A stretch of 64,000 nt of DNA from an uncultured Planctomycetia bacterium. Lineage in GTDB: Bacteria; Omnitrophota; Gorgyraeia; Tantalellales; Tantalellaceae. The notes beneath the pieces were generated by a model that was not told where the DNA came from, ran no database searches, and worked only from the letters and a program-made list of their open reading frames with translations. Numbering within the stretch: the first letter of the stretch is position 1; each line of letters begins with the position of its first letter. The stretch is from the NCBI GenBank assembly GCA_964527555.1, contig CAZGOG010000003.1, forward strand, positions 4,320 to 68,319, given 5' to 3'. A program made the translations under genes and the position numbers. Below, in pieces: positions 1-9,819 of the stretch.

Positions 1-60
1 TTTTCGAAGGAAGAAGCGAGCCGAGAGAAAAAAGAAGTAAAAGAAGCAGGCAAGGAGTAG
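1..60 (+). CDS. rpsC: 30S ribosomal protein S3, 3' end (partial)
   Basis: Frame 1 reads [19 protein letters not shown] and ends 7 nt before rplP. Position and KE-rich tail fit an S3 C-terminus. Confidence 0.55.
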   Translation, partial: FSKEEASREKKEVKEAGKE

Positions 61-67
61 TACAGCT

Positions 68-484
68 ATGGCACTGATGCCTAAAAGGGTAAAATACAGG
101 AAACAGCAGAGAGGCCGGCGTAAAGGTAAAAGCGATTCGTATGATCTGAATTTTGGAGAATTCGGACTTAAGGCAGTGGAGACCGCATGGATGACCGATA
201 AACAGATCGAAGCGGCTAGAGTAGCGCTTATGAGGCACACGGGCCGTGCGGGGAAACTGTGGATCCGTATTTTCCCTGATAAACCCATAACGAAGCAGGC
301 GGCCGAGACCCGTATGGGTAAGGGAAAAGGCTCACCGATAGGCTGGGTAGCTGTAGTGAAAAAGGGGCGTATTATATTTGAGCTGGAAGGCGTGCCGCGC
401 GACATGGCAAGAGAAGCTTTTCGCCTGTCAGCGCATAAACTGCCGATGAAGACTAAATTTGTATCACGGGGAGGACAGAGTTGA
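68..484 (+). CDS. rplP: 50S ribosomal protein L16
   Basis: [18 protein letters not shown]-terminus is diagnostic for L16. 138 aa, conserved operon position. Confidence 0.95.
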   Translation: MALMPKRVKYRKQQRGRRKGKSDSYDLNFGEFGLKAVETAWMTDKQIEAARVALMRHTGRAGKLWIRIFPDKPITKQAAETRMGKGKGSPIGWVAVVKKGRIIFELEGVPRDMAREAFRLSAHKLPMKTKFVSRGGQS

Positions 485-684
485 AGGCAAGCGAGATAAG
501 GAACATGACAGAAGCCGAAGTTGAACACAAGATCCTGACCATGAAGGAACAGTTGTTTAAGATGAGGGTTGAGAACACAAGCGGGCAGGTTGACCGGCCC
601 AACAGGTTCCGTTCGCTTAGGCGTGATATCGCGAGATGTTATACCATTTTAAAGGAGAAAAAAGGTGAAGAGCGACAGACCTAA
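481..684 (+). CDS. rpmC: 50S ribosomal protein L29
   Basis: 67 aa, TTG start overlapping the rplP stop, helical KE-rich L29-like sequence, position between L16 and S17. Confidence 0.88.
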   Translation: MKASEIRNMTEAEVEHKILTMKEQLFKMRVENTSGQVDRPNRFRSLRRDIARCYTILKEKKGEERQT

Positions 685-934
685 AAAGAAGACTATTATA
701 GGAACGGTTATAAGCGACAAGATGGATAAAACCGTGATAGTTGAATGGGAGAGGCGGAAGATGCACCCCATCTACAAAAAATTCGTCAAACAGCTTATGA
801 AGGTTAAGGCTCATGACAGCAAGAATGCAGCGGCTGTCGGTGATCTGGTCAAAATAATCGAATGCCGGCCGGTCTCAAAAGAGAAGACCTGGAGAGTTGT
901 TGAGATTCTGGAACAAGTGCAAAGGGGCCAGTAG
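665..934 (+). CDS. rpsQ: 30S ribosomal protein S17
   Basis: 89 aa, GTG start after GGAGAAAA. The [17 protein letters not shown] motif is typical of S17. Confidence 0.93.
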   Translation: MKSDRPKKKTIIGTVISDKMDKTVIVEWERRKMHPIYKKFVKQLMKVKAHDSKNAAAVGDLVKIIECRPVSKEKTWRVVEILEQVQRGQ

Positions 935-936
935 AG

Positions 937-1305
937 ATGATTATAATGGGAAGCAGACTGGATGTTGCTGATAACAGCGGGGCGAAAAAAGCTTCGATGA
1001 TAGGTGTTATCGGCAGAAGGAGCAAGGCGACCGCAGAGATCGGCGATATTATCACCTGTAACATAAAAGAGTCCACACCTACCGCGGAAGTCAAAAAAGG
1101 TGAAGTTGTGCGCGGGGTAATAGTCCGCACCGCTTATCCGATACTGCGCAAAGACGGGACGGTGCTTAAGTTTGACCATAATGCGGTTGTCATAATAGAC
1201 AAGGACGGTAACCCCCGGGGTACGCGCGTTTTTGGTCCGGTTGCACGCGAGCTCCGCAGGAAAAAGTTCATGAAGATAGTTTCACTGGCGCCAGAGGTCA
1301 TATAG
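937..1305 (+). CDS. rplN: 50S ribosomal protein L14
   Basis: 122 aa with [12 protein letters not shown], the signature of L14. Confidence 0.95.
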   Translation: MIIMGSRLDVADNSGAKKASMIGVIGRRSKATAEIGDIITCNIKESTPTAEVKKGEVVRGVIVRTAYPILRKDGTVLKFDHNAVVIIDKDGNPRGTRVFGPVARELRRKKFMKIVSLAPEVI

Positions 1306-1319
1306 GGAGGAATAGAGGC

Positions 1320-1631
1320 ATGCTTCATATCAAGAAGAACGATACGGTGAAAGTCCTTGCGGGCAAAGACAGGGGAAAGACAGGTAAAGTGCTTAAAGTT
1401 TATCCGGCAACAGAGAGAGCCATAATCCAGGGCGTCAACTTTACAAAGAAGCACACAAGACGCCGCAGGCAGGATGAGCAGGGCGGTATCATCCACCGTG
1501 AAGCGCCCATTAATCTTTCGAATCTTGCAGTCGTCTGCAAGGGATGCAACCGGGTGGTGCGTGTCGGCATCGACATTTTGACCGACGGGAGCAAGGTCCG
1601 TTTCTGTAAAAAGTGTAAAGAAGTGCTTTAA
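1320..1631 (+). CDS. rplX: 50S ribosomal protein L24 (KOW), with C-terminal Cys4 motif
   Basis: 103 aa. KNDTVKVLAGKDRGKTGKV is the KOW motif. The C-terminus carries CKGC...CKKC. Confidence 0.9.
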   Translation: MLHIKKNDTVKVLAGKDRGKTGKVLKVYPATERAIIQGVNFTKKHTRRRRQDEQGGIIHREAPINLSNLAVVCKGCNRVVRVGIDILTDGSKVRFCKKCKEVL

Positions 1632-1664
1632 AACATATAACGGCGTGTTTTTTATAAAGAGGAG

Positions 1665-2219
1665 ATGAAGGTACGGATGGCAAGGCTTAAAGATGAATAC
1701 GAGAAGAATATAGTGCCCGGCTTGATGAAGGAGTTCGGGTATAAGAACAAGATGGACGTTCCGCGCCTTAAGAAGATAGTGGTCAATATCGGCATGGGGA
1801 ACCTGGCGCACCAGAAGGACCTTGTGGACCCTATCAGGGATGAGCTTGCGGTGCTGACAGGACAGAGGCCCGCTTTGGCGAGAGCGAAAAAGTCCATTTC
1901 AAATTTTAAAATACGCGCAGGTGTCCCTGTCGGATACAAGGTGACGCTGCGTAAGACGCGCATGTACGAGTTTCTGGACAGGCTCGTAAACTTTGTTATG
2001 CCCAGGATCAGGGATTTCCGCGGTGTTTCGACGACGGCTTTTGACCAGGATGGCAATTATACCCTTGGCATCAAGGAACAGACGATTTTTCCGGAGCTGG
2101 AACTTGATAAGATCCCGGTTACTCACGGCATGGACATTTGTTTTGTAACAACCGCTAAGACGAAAGAAGAATGCAGAAGTCTTTTGGAGGGTTTTGGCAT
2201 GCCCTTTGCGAAGAAATAA
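1665..2219 (+). CDS. rplE: 50S ribosomal protein L5
   Basis: MARLKDEYEK...GMGN is the L5 signature. The GGAGA Shine-Dalgarno fits an ATG at 1665; an alternative ATG lies at 1677. Confidence 0.92.
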   Translation: MKVRMARLKDEYEKNIVPGLMKEFGYKNKMDVPRLKKIVVNIGMGNLAHQKDLVDPIRDELAVLTGQRPALARAKKSISNFKIRAGVPVGYKVTLRKTRMYEFLDRLVNFVMPRIRDFRGVSTTAFDQDGNYTLGIKEQTIFPELELDKIPVTHGMDICFVTTAKTKEECRSLLEGFGMPFAKK

Positions 2220-2244
2220 GAGCAATCGGTAAAAAAGGAATAAT

Positions 2245-2430
2245 ATGGCTAAAAAAGCGCTTATTGAAAAGTCGAAGAGAAAACCAAAGTTTAGCACCAG
2301 GGTTATCACCAGATGCCAGATCTGCGGCAGGAAAAAGGGTTACATGAAACGTTTTAAACTGTGCCGCATCTGCTTTAGGGAGCTGGCGTCGCGAGGAGAC
2401 ATCCCCGGTATTAAAAAAGCAAGCTGGTAG
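2245..2430 (+). CDS. rpsZ: 30S ribosomal protein S14 type Z (zinc-binding)
   Basis: 61 aa with the [24 protein letters not shown]4 zinc motif, which defines type Z S14. Confidence 0.93.
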   Translation: MAKKALIEKSKRKPKFSTRVITRCQICGRKKGYMKRFKLCRICFRELASRGDIPGIKKASW

Positions 2431-2490
2431 AGTTTATCCCGGGGGGCGCTTGCACCGGGAGAGCGACAGGCGAAAATAAGGAGAAAATAG

Positions 2491-2889
2491 ATGAGTGTTA
2501 CAGATTTAATCGCAGATCAACTTACAGTAATACGCAATGCCATAAGAGCAGGCAAAAAGGACGTTATTATAAAAAAGTCCGGTATTATTGAGGGGATCAT
2601 GGAGATAATTAAAAGAGAAGGTTTCATTGAGAACTACAAGGTCATCGATGATAACCGGCAGGGGCAGATCAAGGTCTACTTAAAATACCTTGATGACGGC
2701 TCCCCGGTCATGGAGGGGCTTAAGCGCGTTTCAAAATCGGGACGGCGTCAATATGCTCCGGCAAAGGAAGTTAAAAGCGTCATGGGAGGAGTGGGTCTGG
2801 CGATACTTTCCACGAACAAGGGTCTTTTGACCGACAAGGAAGCAAAAGATAAGGGAATAGGCGGAGAAGTCATTTGCCATATATGGTAG
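2491..2889 (+). CDS. rpsH: 30S ribosomal protein S8
   Basis: 132 aa, MSVTDLIADQLTVIRNA N-terminus and C-terminal ICHIW. Position fits the spc operon. Confidence 0.95.
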   Translation: MSVTDLIADQLTVIRNAIRAGKKDVIIKKSGIIEGIMEIIKREGFIENYKVIDDNRQGQIKVYLKYLDDGSPVMEGLKRVSKSGRRQYAPAKEVKSVMGGVGLAILSTNKGLLTDKEAKDKGIGGEVICHIW

Positions 2890-2932
2890 TAATTGAGGTC
2901 TGCTTTAAGCGGGCGAGGAGGAGAGGAAATAG

Positions 2933-3469
2933 ATGTCAAGAGTTGGAAGACGGCCGATAGCTGTACCAGACGGGATAAAGGTAGAGATCACGGGCCAGAA
3001 AGTAAAAATAGAAGGCAAGGGCAAGACACTTGAGCATGTTGTGCCCGGCGGGTTTAGCGCTAAGGTGGAAGAGGGAAATATCGTAGTCACCCGTCCCTCG
3101 GACAGCCGCCAGCACAAAGCCCTCCATGGGACCACCAGGAGTCTCTTGCAGAACATGATAATCGGTCTTAAGGACGGGTTCCAGAAAAAGCTGCAGATAC
3201 AGGGAGTCGGATACAAGGCCCAGATGAAGGGCAAGAATCTTGTCCTGGATATCGGGTTTTCGCACAGCGTTACTTATACCCCGCCAGCGGACGTAACAAT
3301 AGAGACTCCCAGCCCGACGGAGATCCTGATAAAGGGTGTAGACAAGCAAAAAGTCGGGGAAATCGCGGCTGAAATAAGAGACTATTATCCGCCGGAACCG
3401 TATAAAGGCAAAGGCATAAGGTACGAAGGCGAATATGTAAGACAGAAACAGGGTAAGAGTATCGCATAG
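2933..3469 (+). CDS. rplF: 50S ribosomal protein L6
   Basis: 178 aa. [19 protein letters not shown] is the L6 N-terminus. Confidence 0.95.
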   Translation: MSRVGRRPIAVPDGIKVEITGQKVKIEGKGKTLEHVVPGGFSAKVEEGNIVVTRPSDSRQHKALHGTTRSLLQNMIIGLKDGFQKKLQIQGVGYKAQMKGKNLVLDIGFSHSVTYTPPADVTIETPSPTEILIKGVDKQKVGEIAAEIRDYYPPEPYKGKGIRYEGEYVRQKQGKSIA

Positions 3470-3509
3470 GAAAGGGTTACTAGGCACAACCAGAGAAAAG
3501 GCAGAAGAG

Positions 3510-3869
3510 ATGGATAATATAGAAAGAAGAACGAGACGCAAAAAATCGATAAGAAAAAAAATATACGGTACCTTGGAACGTCCCCGGATGAGCGTGCATA
3601 AAAGCAACAAGAACATATACGTACAGATCATAGACGATATAGAGGGCAAGACGTTGTGCGGTATGTCTACAAAGTCATCTGGATTTAAAGACAAAAAGAT
3701 CGCAACCTGCAAAAACATAAATTTTGCCGCAAAGCTCGGTGAGGCCGTAGCTAAAACGGCTTCTGAAAAAGGTATAAAGAAGGTAGTGTTTGACAGGTCC
3801 GGTTATCGTTATCATGGCGTGGTCAAGGCTGTTGCCGATGCGGCCAGGAAGAACGGGCTGGAGTTTTAA
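3510..3869 (+). CDS. rplR: 50S ribosomal protein L18
   Basis: 119 aa, basic N-terminus, ends KNGLEF, the conserved L18 C-terminus. Confidence 0.93.
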   Translation: MDNIERRTRRKKSIRKKIYGTLERPRMSVHKSNKNIYVQIIDDIEGKTLCGMSTKSSGFKDKKIATCKNINFAAKLGEAVAKTASEKGIKKVVFDRSGYRYHGVVKAVADAARKNGLEF

Positions 3870-3896
3870 ATCTTAAAAGCAAGAGGAGCGAAATAG

Positions 3897-4535
3897 ATGG
3901 TTGATGAAGAAAAAAAAGATATAGGCGCGGCTGATCCTGGGGAGCTGGAGAAAACAAAGGATGATAGCCTGAGGGACAAGGCGGATTCTGATGTGCGTAA
4001 ACGGGACAAGAAACCGCGTACTGCCGAAGAAAGCGAAGAGAAAGAAGTTGTATCCGAGGAAATCGAGACGGAAGAAATAGCATTAACAACACTTGAGCCG
4101 GAATCCGCCGAGCACGTTATCAGGATAAACAGGGTTTCAAAGGTTGTTAAGGGCGGAAAAAACTTCTCCTTCAGCGCACTGGTCGTCAACGGTGACAGGA
4201 AAGGTCAGGTCGGCATGGGGTTCGGCAAATCCAACGAAGTTGTCGAGGCGATAAAAAAAGCTTCGGCGAAAGCCAAAGAAAGTTTTATAAAAGTAAGCTT
4301 GAGGGGCGACACGATTCCCCATGAAATCATAGGCAAATTTAAGTCGTCCACGGTTATAATGAAACCCGCCGGACCCGGTACGGGCGTTATTGCCGGAGGT
4401 GCTGTAAGGGCGGTTTGCGATGCGGCAGGGATAAAGAATATCCTTACTAAGAGTCTCGGCTCCAGAAACGCCATCAATGTCGTCAGGGCCACTCTGAACG
4501 GGCTTAATAATCTGCGCTTAAAAAGAAGAGGATAA
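3897..4535 (+). CDS. rpsE: 30S ribosomal protein S5 with ~60-aa charged N-terminal extension
   Basis: Core [27 protein letters not shown]...[16 protein letters not shown] is S5. The N-terminal DE/K-rich extension is not typical. Confidence 0.92.
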   Translation: MVDEEKKDIGAADPGELEKTKDDSLRDKADSDVRKRDKKPRTAEESEEKEVVSEEIETEEIALTTLEPESAEHVIRINRVSKVVKGGKNFSFSALVVNGDRKGQVGMGFGKSNEVVEAIKKASAKAKESFIKVSLRGDTIPHEIIGKFKSSTVIMKPAGPGTGVIAGGAVRAVCDAAGIKNILTKSLGSRNAINVVRATLNGLNNLRLKRRG

Positions 4536-4577
4536 AAAACGCGCTTGAAACTCAAGAAAAAGACAAGGAAAAATATA

Positions 4578-5072
4578 ATGGTTCTTAAAATCGAAGACAT
4601 AAAGAGACCCCGCTCGATAAAGGCCGGCGGCAAACGCAAGGGGCGCGGTATAGGTTCCGGCCGGGGTAAGACAAGCGGACGCGGGCATAAAGGCGCCAAG
4701 GCAAGAAGCGGGGGAGGTGTATATAACCCCGGTTTTGAGGGCGGGCAGATGCCGCTTATAAGACGCATCCCGAAAAGAGGGTTCACCAATAAGTTTAAAA
4801 GCGAGTACAGTGTTGTCAATATCGGTACTTTGGAGAGGATAGGTTCCATAAAAGAAAATACAGTCGTCGACAAGGATTTTCTGTTTGCGAACAAGGTGAT
4901 AAAAAAGAAAAAACTGCCGTTCAAGGTTTTGGGTAAAGGCAAGCTCACTAAGGCCATAACAGTAAAAGCCAACGCTTTTTCCGCCGGGGCAAAGGCGGCC
5001 ATCGAAGAAGCCGGGGGCAAGACGGAAGTTATTGCTTATGAAACGGACGTAAAAACGAAAAACAAGGCATAA
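4578..5072 (+). CDS. rplO: 50S ribosomal protein L15
   Basis: The [18 protein letters not shown] glycine-rich L15 motif. AAGGAA precedes the ATG at 4578 by 9 nt; the alternative TTG start at 4545 given by the ORF track has a poorer Shine-Dalgarno. Confidence 0.88.
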   Translation: MVLKIEDIKRPRSIKAGGKRKGRGIGSGRGKTSGRGHKGAKARSGGGVYNPGFEGGQMPLIRRIPKRGFTNKFKSEYSVVNIGTLERIGSIKENTVVDKDFLFANKVIKKKKLPFKVLGKGKLTKAITVKANAFSAGAKAAIEEAGGKTEVIAYETDVKTKNKA

Positions 5073-5082
5073 GGAGCCGGAA

Positions 5083-6432
5083 GTGTTTGAAGCGATTTCT
5101 AACATATTTAAGATTCCTGATCTGAAAAAGAAGATCATCTTTACCCTGGGGCTGATAGCGGTTTACCGTATAGGCGCTGTCGTGCCGACTCCGGGTATCG
5201 ACGGCATGAAATTGGCACAGTTCTTTGACAATATCGCAAGGACCCAGGGGGGTACGCTTTTCGGGATACTGAACATGTTCTCGGGAGGCGCGATGCAGCG
5301 CTTGACTATATTTGCTTTGGGTATTATGCCGTACATATCCGCCTCTATTATACTCCAGCTTTTAACGACAGTGATCCCCGCTCTTGAGAGGCTTGCCAGG
5401 CAGGGGGAAGAGGGCCGCAAGGTCATAACCCAGTACACGCGGTACGGCACGATCATCCTTTCCGTTATACAGTCGTTTTTTATAGCACTCTGGCTTGAAA
5501 ATCCCGCGCATTTCCAGGGTATGCAGATCGTTCAGTACCCGGGATGGGGATTCCGGATACTTACGGTCCTTACCCTTACCACGGGTACAGCCTTTATCAT
5601 GTGGCTTGGAGAACAGATACAGGAGAAAGGCATCGGCAACGGCATCTCTCTTATAATCACTGCCGGTATTATTTCCAGGCTTCCTTCGGCGATAGTACAG
5701 CTTATAACGCTGGCGACCCCCGGGACAAGCGGGCAGGCTCAGATAGATCCTTTTAAGCTGGTATTTTTGGCCTTTATGTTCGTTGCGGTTATTGTGGCGG
5801 TTGTAATGATAACCCAGGGGCAGAGAAAGATACCCATCCAGTACGCCAAGCGGGTCGTCGGCAGGAGGATTTACGGCGGGCAGAGCACGTATATACCCCT
5901 CAGGGTAAACCAGAGCGGTGTTATACCCATTATCTTTGCCCAATCGATAATATTATTCCCGGCAACCATTGCGGGACTCGTACCCCACAAGACTATACAG
6001 GGCATGGCGAGCGCCCTTATGATGGGCAGACCGCTTTACTATGTCGTGTATTCACTCTTGATAATGTTTTTCTGTTATTTCTATGCGGCTATAACATTTA
6101 ACCCGGTAGACATGGCGAACAACATGAAACGTTTCGGGGGATTCGTCCCGGGTATAAGGCCGGGTAAGCAGACCGCGGAGTATCTCGATTTTATTATGAC
6201 CCGTATAACTCTTCCGGGTGCTATGTTTTTGACGATCATAGCGATTCTGCCGAGTATCATAAACAGCCAGATCGGCATACCTTTTCTTGTTGCCAGTTTC
6301 TTCGGCGGCACGGGACTTCTGATCGTTGTGGGTGTTATGCTGGATACCATGCGGCAGGTGGAATCTCATATGCTTATGAGGCATTATGAGGGGTTTATGA
6401 AAAAAGGAAGAGTAAAGGGACGCTTGTCATGA
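5083..6432 (+). CDS. secY: preprotein translocase subunit SecY
   Basis: 449 aa with 10 predicted TM segments and conserved SecY segments (RIGAVVPTPGID, GGTLFGILNMFSGGA). It follows rplO as in the spc operon. Confidence 0.95.
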   Translation: MFEAISNIFKIPDLKKKIIFTLGLIAVYRIGAVVPTPGIDGMKLAQFFDNIARTQGGTLFGILNMFSGGAMQRLTIFALGIMPYISASIILQLLTTVIPALERLARQGEEGRKVITQYTRYGTIILSVIQSFFIALWLENPAHFQGMQIVQYPGWGFRILTVLTLTTGTAFIMWLGEQIQEKGIGNGISLIITAGIISRLPSAIVQLITLATPGTSGQAQIDPFKLVFLAFMFVAVIVAVVMITQGQRKIPIQYAKRVVGRRIYGGQSTYIPLRVNQSGVIPIIFAQSIILFPATIAGLVPHKTIQGMASALMMGRPLYYVVYSLLIMFFCYFYAAITFNPVDMANNMKRFGGFVPGIRPGKQTAEYLDFIMTRITLPGAMFLTIIAILPSIINSQIGIPFLVASFFGGTGLLIVVGVMLDTMRQVESHMLMRHYEGFMKKGRVKGRLS

Positions 6433-7121
6433 CGGGAAGCGGTCAGAAGGTTCTGGTTTTACTCGGGCCTCCGGGTGCCGGCAAGGGAACACAGGCATCT
6501 TTATTGACAAAAGCGTACGCTCTTTTACATATTTCGACGGGAGACATGCTCCGTGAAGCGATAAAAGACGGCAGTCAGGTAGGCCGGCGCGTCCAGGACT
6601 ACATGAATAAAGGAGAGCTGGTGCCTGACGCGATCGTGACGGAGGTGGTCATCGACCGGATGGCAAAACCTGACGCCTCTGGAGGCGTTATTCTTGACGG
6701 TTACCCGCGTACCCGTGTTCAGGCGGAGTCGCTTGACAGCTCTCTTAAAGAGAAGGGCCAGAAGCTGGATATGGTTCTGTATTTTAAGACGTCTGAAGAG
6801 GTCGCGGTGAGCAGGCTTTCCGGAAGGCGTGTCTGTCCCAAGTGCCTTAAGAATTATCACCTCACCAATATACCGCCGAAACAGGAAGGTATTTGCGACA
6901 AGTGCGGTATTGAACTTATGCTGCGGGAAGACGATAAACCGGAGACGGTAAAGAACCGTTTGCATGTTTACCATAAGAGCACCAGGGACCTGATCGATTA
7001 TTACCGCGGGAAAGGCCTTTTGCGGGAGGTTAACGGCGATCTTACGGCGGAAGAGCTCTTTGATGAGATAAGTGTCCTTTTTCGCGAAGAGGGACTAGTA
7101 GATGACGATTCTGAAAAGTGA
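6429..7121 (+). CDS. adk: adenylate kinase (zinc-lid type)
   Basis: GPPGAGKGTQ P-loop and a CPKC...CDKC lid zinc site. Overlaps the secY stop. Confidence 0.93.
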   Translation: MTGSGQKVLVLLGPPGAGKGTQASLLTKAYALLHISTGDMLREAIKDGSQVGRRVQDYMNKGELVPDAIVTEVVIDRMAKPDASGGVILDGYPRTRVQAESLDSSLKEKGQKLDMVLYFKTSEEVAVSRLSGRRVCPKCLKNYHLTNIPPKQEGICDKCGIELMLREDDKPETVKNRLHVYHKSTRDLIDYYRGKGLLREVNGDLTAEELFDEISVLFREEGLVDDDSEK

Positions 7122-7845
7122 GAAAGATATCCGCAAAATCCGGCAGGCCGGAGAGGTCATAAGGGAGATTTTTTCCGTAGCTGAGAAAAGGATGCAGCCG
7201 GGCGTATCGACTTTAGAGATTGATCGCGAGATAGAGGATATTATACACGCGCATAGCGCGCAACCGGCGTTTAAGGGATATAAGGGTTATCCAGCTTCGA
7301 TTTGCGCGTCAGTCAACCAGGTTGTTGTTCATGGTATTCCGTCAGAGAAGGTCGTCCTGGGTGAAGGCGATATAGTAGGCATAGACGTAGGGGTTAAAAA
7401 GAACGGTTTTTTTGCTGATGCTGCCAGGACCTTCACTGTCGGAGAAGTAAGCGATGAAGCGAAGCGTTTGATCGAGACGGCAGAGAGGTGCCTTAGGGAG
7501 GGGACAAAAAAGGCAGTTGCCGGCAACAGGGTCTCTGACATATCAAACGCTATTCAGATCATTGCTGAGGAAGAGGGGTTTCAGGAAGTAAGGGCGTTTG
7601 TCGGTCACGGAATCGGGCGCAGTCTACACGAGGCGCCGGAAGTGCCGAACTGGGGAGAGAGAGGAAAAGGTCCCATTTTAAAAAAAGGACTGCTTTTGGC
7701 GATTGAACCGATGATAAATTCCGGCAGCCGCGAGATCAAGGTCCTTCAGGACGGCTGGACCGCAGTAACCGTTGACAACAAGCTTTCAGCCCATTTTGAG
7801 AACACAATAATGGTAGGCGAAAAAGAAGCGGAGATAATAACATGA
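7102..7845 (+). CDS. map: type I methionine aminopeptidase
   Basis: 247 aa with the M24A metal ligand pattern (D...D...H...E...E: [18 protein letters not shown]) and the conserved position after adk. Confidence 0.93.
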   Translation: MTILKSEKDIRKIRQAGEVIREIFSVAEKRMQPGVSTLEIDREIEDIIHAHSAQPAFKGYKGYPASICASVNQVVVHGIPSEKVVLGEGDIVGIDVGVKKNGFFADAARTFTVGEVSDEAKRLIETAERCLREGTKKAVAGNRVSDISNAIQIIAEEEGFQEVRAFVGHGIGRSLHEAPEVPNWGERGKGPILKKGLLLAIEPMINSGSREIKVLQDGWTAVTVDNKLSAHFENTIMVGEKEAEIIT

Positions 7846-8063
7846 GTCCAAAGGAAGAGCCCATTGTTGCTGAAGGTGAGATAACGGAATGTCTGCCTAA
7901 TGCTATGTTCAGGGTTAAGCTTGAAAGCGGGCATATTGTTCTGGCTCATGTTTCAGGTAAGATGAGGATGTATTTCATTAGGATCGTGCCGGGGGATAAG
8001 GTAACGGTGGAGCTTTCCCCTTACGATTTGGATAGAGGAAGAATCATAAAAAGAGAGAAATAA
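7842..8063 (+). CDS. infA: translation initiation factor IF-1
   Basis: 73 aa S1-like fold. [29 protein letters not shown] is near-identical to the IF-1 consensus. Confidence 0.95.
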   Translation: MSPKEEPIVAEGEITECLPNAMFRVKLESGHIVLAHVSGKMRMYFIRIVPGDKVTVELSPYDLDRGRIIKREK

Positions 8064-8065
8064 TC

Positions 8066-8179
8066 ATGAAAGTTAGGGCAAGCGTACGAAAGATATGCTC
8101 GAAATGCAAGATAATCAGGAGAAAAGGTGTGGTAAGGGTCATCTGTACAGACCCCAAACACAAACAGAGGCAGGGGTAG
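8066..8179 (+). CDS. rpmJ: 50S ribosomal protein L36
   Basis: My own translation gives [37 protein letters not shown] (37 aa), a C-x2-C...C-x4-H zinc ribbon typical of L36. It is below the ORF-track size cutoff. Confidence 0.88.
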   Translation: MKVRASVRKICSKCKIIRRKGVVRVICTDPKHKQRQG

Positions 8180-8232
8180 TTGTACGCATTTGTGAAATGC
8201 TTCTGCCGTTTAAGTGAAGATAAGGAGCAAGG

Positions 8233-8640
8233 ATGCCGAGGATCATTGGGATAGATATACCAAAGGAGAAACGCGTAGAGGTCGCCTTGACGTATATTTT
8301 CGGTATAGGAAAGACGCGTGCTAGGGAAATACTTGAAAGGGCAAATATCTCCCCTGACAAAAGGGCTAAGGACCTGGATGACCAGGAAGTGACGAATATT
8401 ACACGTATAATCCAAGAGTTATATCAGGTCGAGGGAGATCTGCGCCGTCTTCAGATGGGTAACGTAAAAAGACTTATGAGTATAGGCTCGTACAGGGGTT
8501 TAAGACACAAGAAGAACCTGCCTGTAAGGGGCCAGAGAACCAGGACAAATTCCAGGACGCGCAAGGGACCGAAGAGGACAGTAGGGGCGTTTAAAGACAA
8601 GACTGTGAGAAAGACTGCGGCTCCGAGTCCGGGTGCGTAA
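8233..8640 (+). CDS. rpsM: 30S ribosomal protein S13
   Basis: [26 protein letters not shown] is the S13 N-terminus. Confidence 0.95.
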   Translation: MPRIIGIDIPKEKRVEVALTYIFGIGKTRAREILERANISPDKRAKDLDDQEVTNITRIIQELYQVEGDLRRLQMGNVKRLMSIGSYRGLRHKKNLPVRGQRTRTNSRTRKGPKRTVGAFKDKTVRKTAAPSPGA

Positions 8641-8682
8641 AAAGTTTTTGCAACACAACAGAACAAATAAGAGAGGTAAGAC

Positions 8683-9075
8683 GTGCAGAAAAAGACAAAG
8701 GTAAGAAAGCGCAAAAAGGTGCTGAGGAAGATCTCCAGCGGCAAAATATTCGTGCATGCCACGTTCAATAATACAATAGTGTCGGTTGCGGATACGGACG
8801 GGAAAGTCTTATGCTGGAGTTCGCCGGGGATAATGGGGTTCAAGGGTTCCAGGAAGTCAACGCCTTTTGCTGCCAGCATAGCTGCAAAAGACGCGGTTAA
8901 AAAAGCAAGAATCCATGGCATAAAGGATGTTGATATCATTCTTAGAGGCCCGGGAGCCGGCAAAGAAAGCGCAGTAAGAAGCGTAAGGTCGGAAGGCCTT
9001 AACGTCAAAACCATATTGGACTTGACGCCGACACCGCATAACGGGTGCCGGCCGAAGAAACGCAGGAGAATATAA
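8683..9075 (+). CDS. rpsK: 30S ribosomal protein S11
   Basis: GTG start. GKIFVHATFNNTIVSVADTDG is diagnostic for S11. Confidence 0.95.
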   Translation: MQKKTKVRKRKKVLRKISSGKIFVHATFNNTIVSVADTDGKVLCWSSPGIMGFKGSRKSTPFAASIAAKDAVKKARIHGIKDVDIILRGPGAGKESAVRSVRSEGLNVKTILDLTPTPHNGCRPKKRRRI

Positions 9076-9129
9076 CTTGCTTTTCACCTGGTGTAGAAGC
9101 AAGAGAAAAAAATAAGGAGTGGGTAAAAG

Positions 9130-9759
9130 ATGGCCAGACATATAACAGCATCCTGTAGGCTTTGCCGAAGAGAAGGAGTAAAACTCTTCCTCAAAGGGAC
9201 CAAGTGTACCGCTGATAAATGTGCTTTTGACAAAAGGCAGTACGCCCCTGGACAGCACGGGCAGATGAGGAAAAGAAAGTCTACCGATTACGCGATCCAG
9301 CTCAGGGAGAAGCAGAAAGCCAAAAGGATTTACGGTGTGCTTGAAAGACAGTTTGAGAACTATTTTCATAAAGCCGAAAAAGCCAGAGGAGCGACGGGTG
9401 AGGTGCTTCTGCAGCTCTTGGAAAGAAGGCTTGATAACGTTATTTTCAGGGCTGCTTTTTCCGGGAGCCGCGCTCAGGCCAGACAGCTTGTAGGGCACAA
9501 GTTCGTTAAAGTCAACGGCCGCAGGGTCAATATACCGTCGTATCTTGTTAAAGCAGGCGACGAAGTGGAAATAGCGGCGAAAGAGGCGCAGGCAAAAGCT
9601 ATCAAAGAGAACGCGAAAATACTTGAAGACCGCGGTACTCCCGATTGGCTGGAAGCTTCATCCGAGAAGCTCGCCGTTAAGATAAAAAGGCTTCCGATGA
9701 AGAGTGATATAGGTATGGAAATAGAAGAGAGCCTTATTGTTGAGCTTTATTCCAAGTAA
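9130..9759 (+). CDS. rpsD: 30S ribosomal protein S4 (zinc-finger type)
   Basis: MARHITASCRLCRREGVKLFLKGTKCTADKCA with a C4 motif. C-terminal S4 RNA-binding domain. Confidence 0.95.
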   Translation: MARHITASCRLCRREGVKLFLKGTKCTADKCAFDKRQYAPGQHGQMRKRKSTDYAIQLREKQKAKRIYGVLERQFENYFHKAEKARGATGEVLLQLLERRLDNVIFRAAFSGSRAQARQLVGHKFVKVNGRRVNIPSYLVKAGDEVEIAAKEAQAKAIKENAKILEDRGTPDWLEASSEKLAVKIKRLPMKSDIGMEIEESLIVELYSK

Positions 9760-9819
9760 TCCAAAGGAATATAAATAGAGTATTGATCAGTAATTGACTC
9801 GAAAAGGGGGGGACACGTA

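Noticed and set aside
2936-3718. Long - strand ORF (260 aa) antisense to rplF/rplR. Similar long antisense ORFs lie at 4205-5020, 4518-5138, 8451-9014, 10750-11475, 33127-34065, 38199-39095 and 52977-53717.
   Set aside because: Each lies entirely inside + strand genes identified by strong family-specific motifs. Their translations are low-complexity (S/L/P/R-rich) with no start context or recognisable motif. This is the typical antisense artefact in moderately GC-rich coding DNA.
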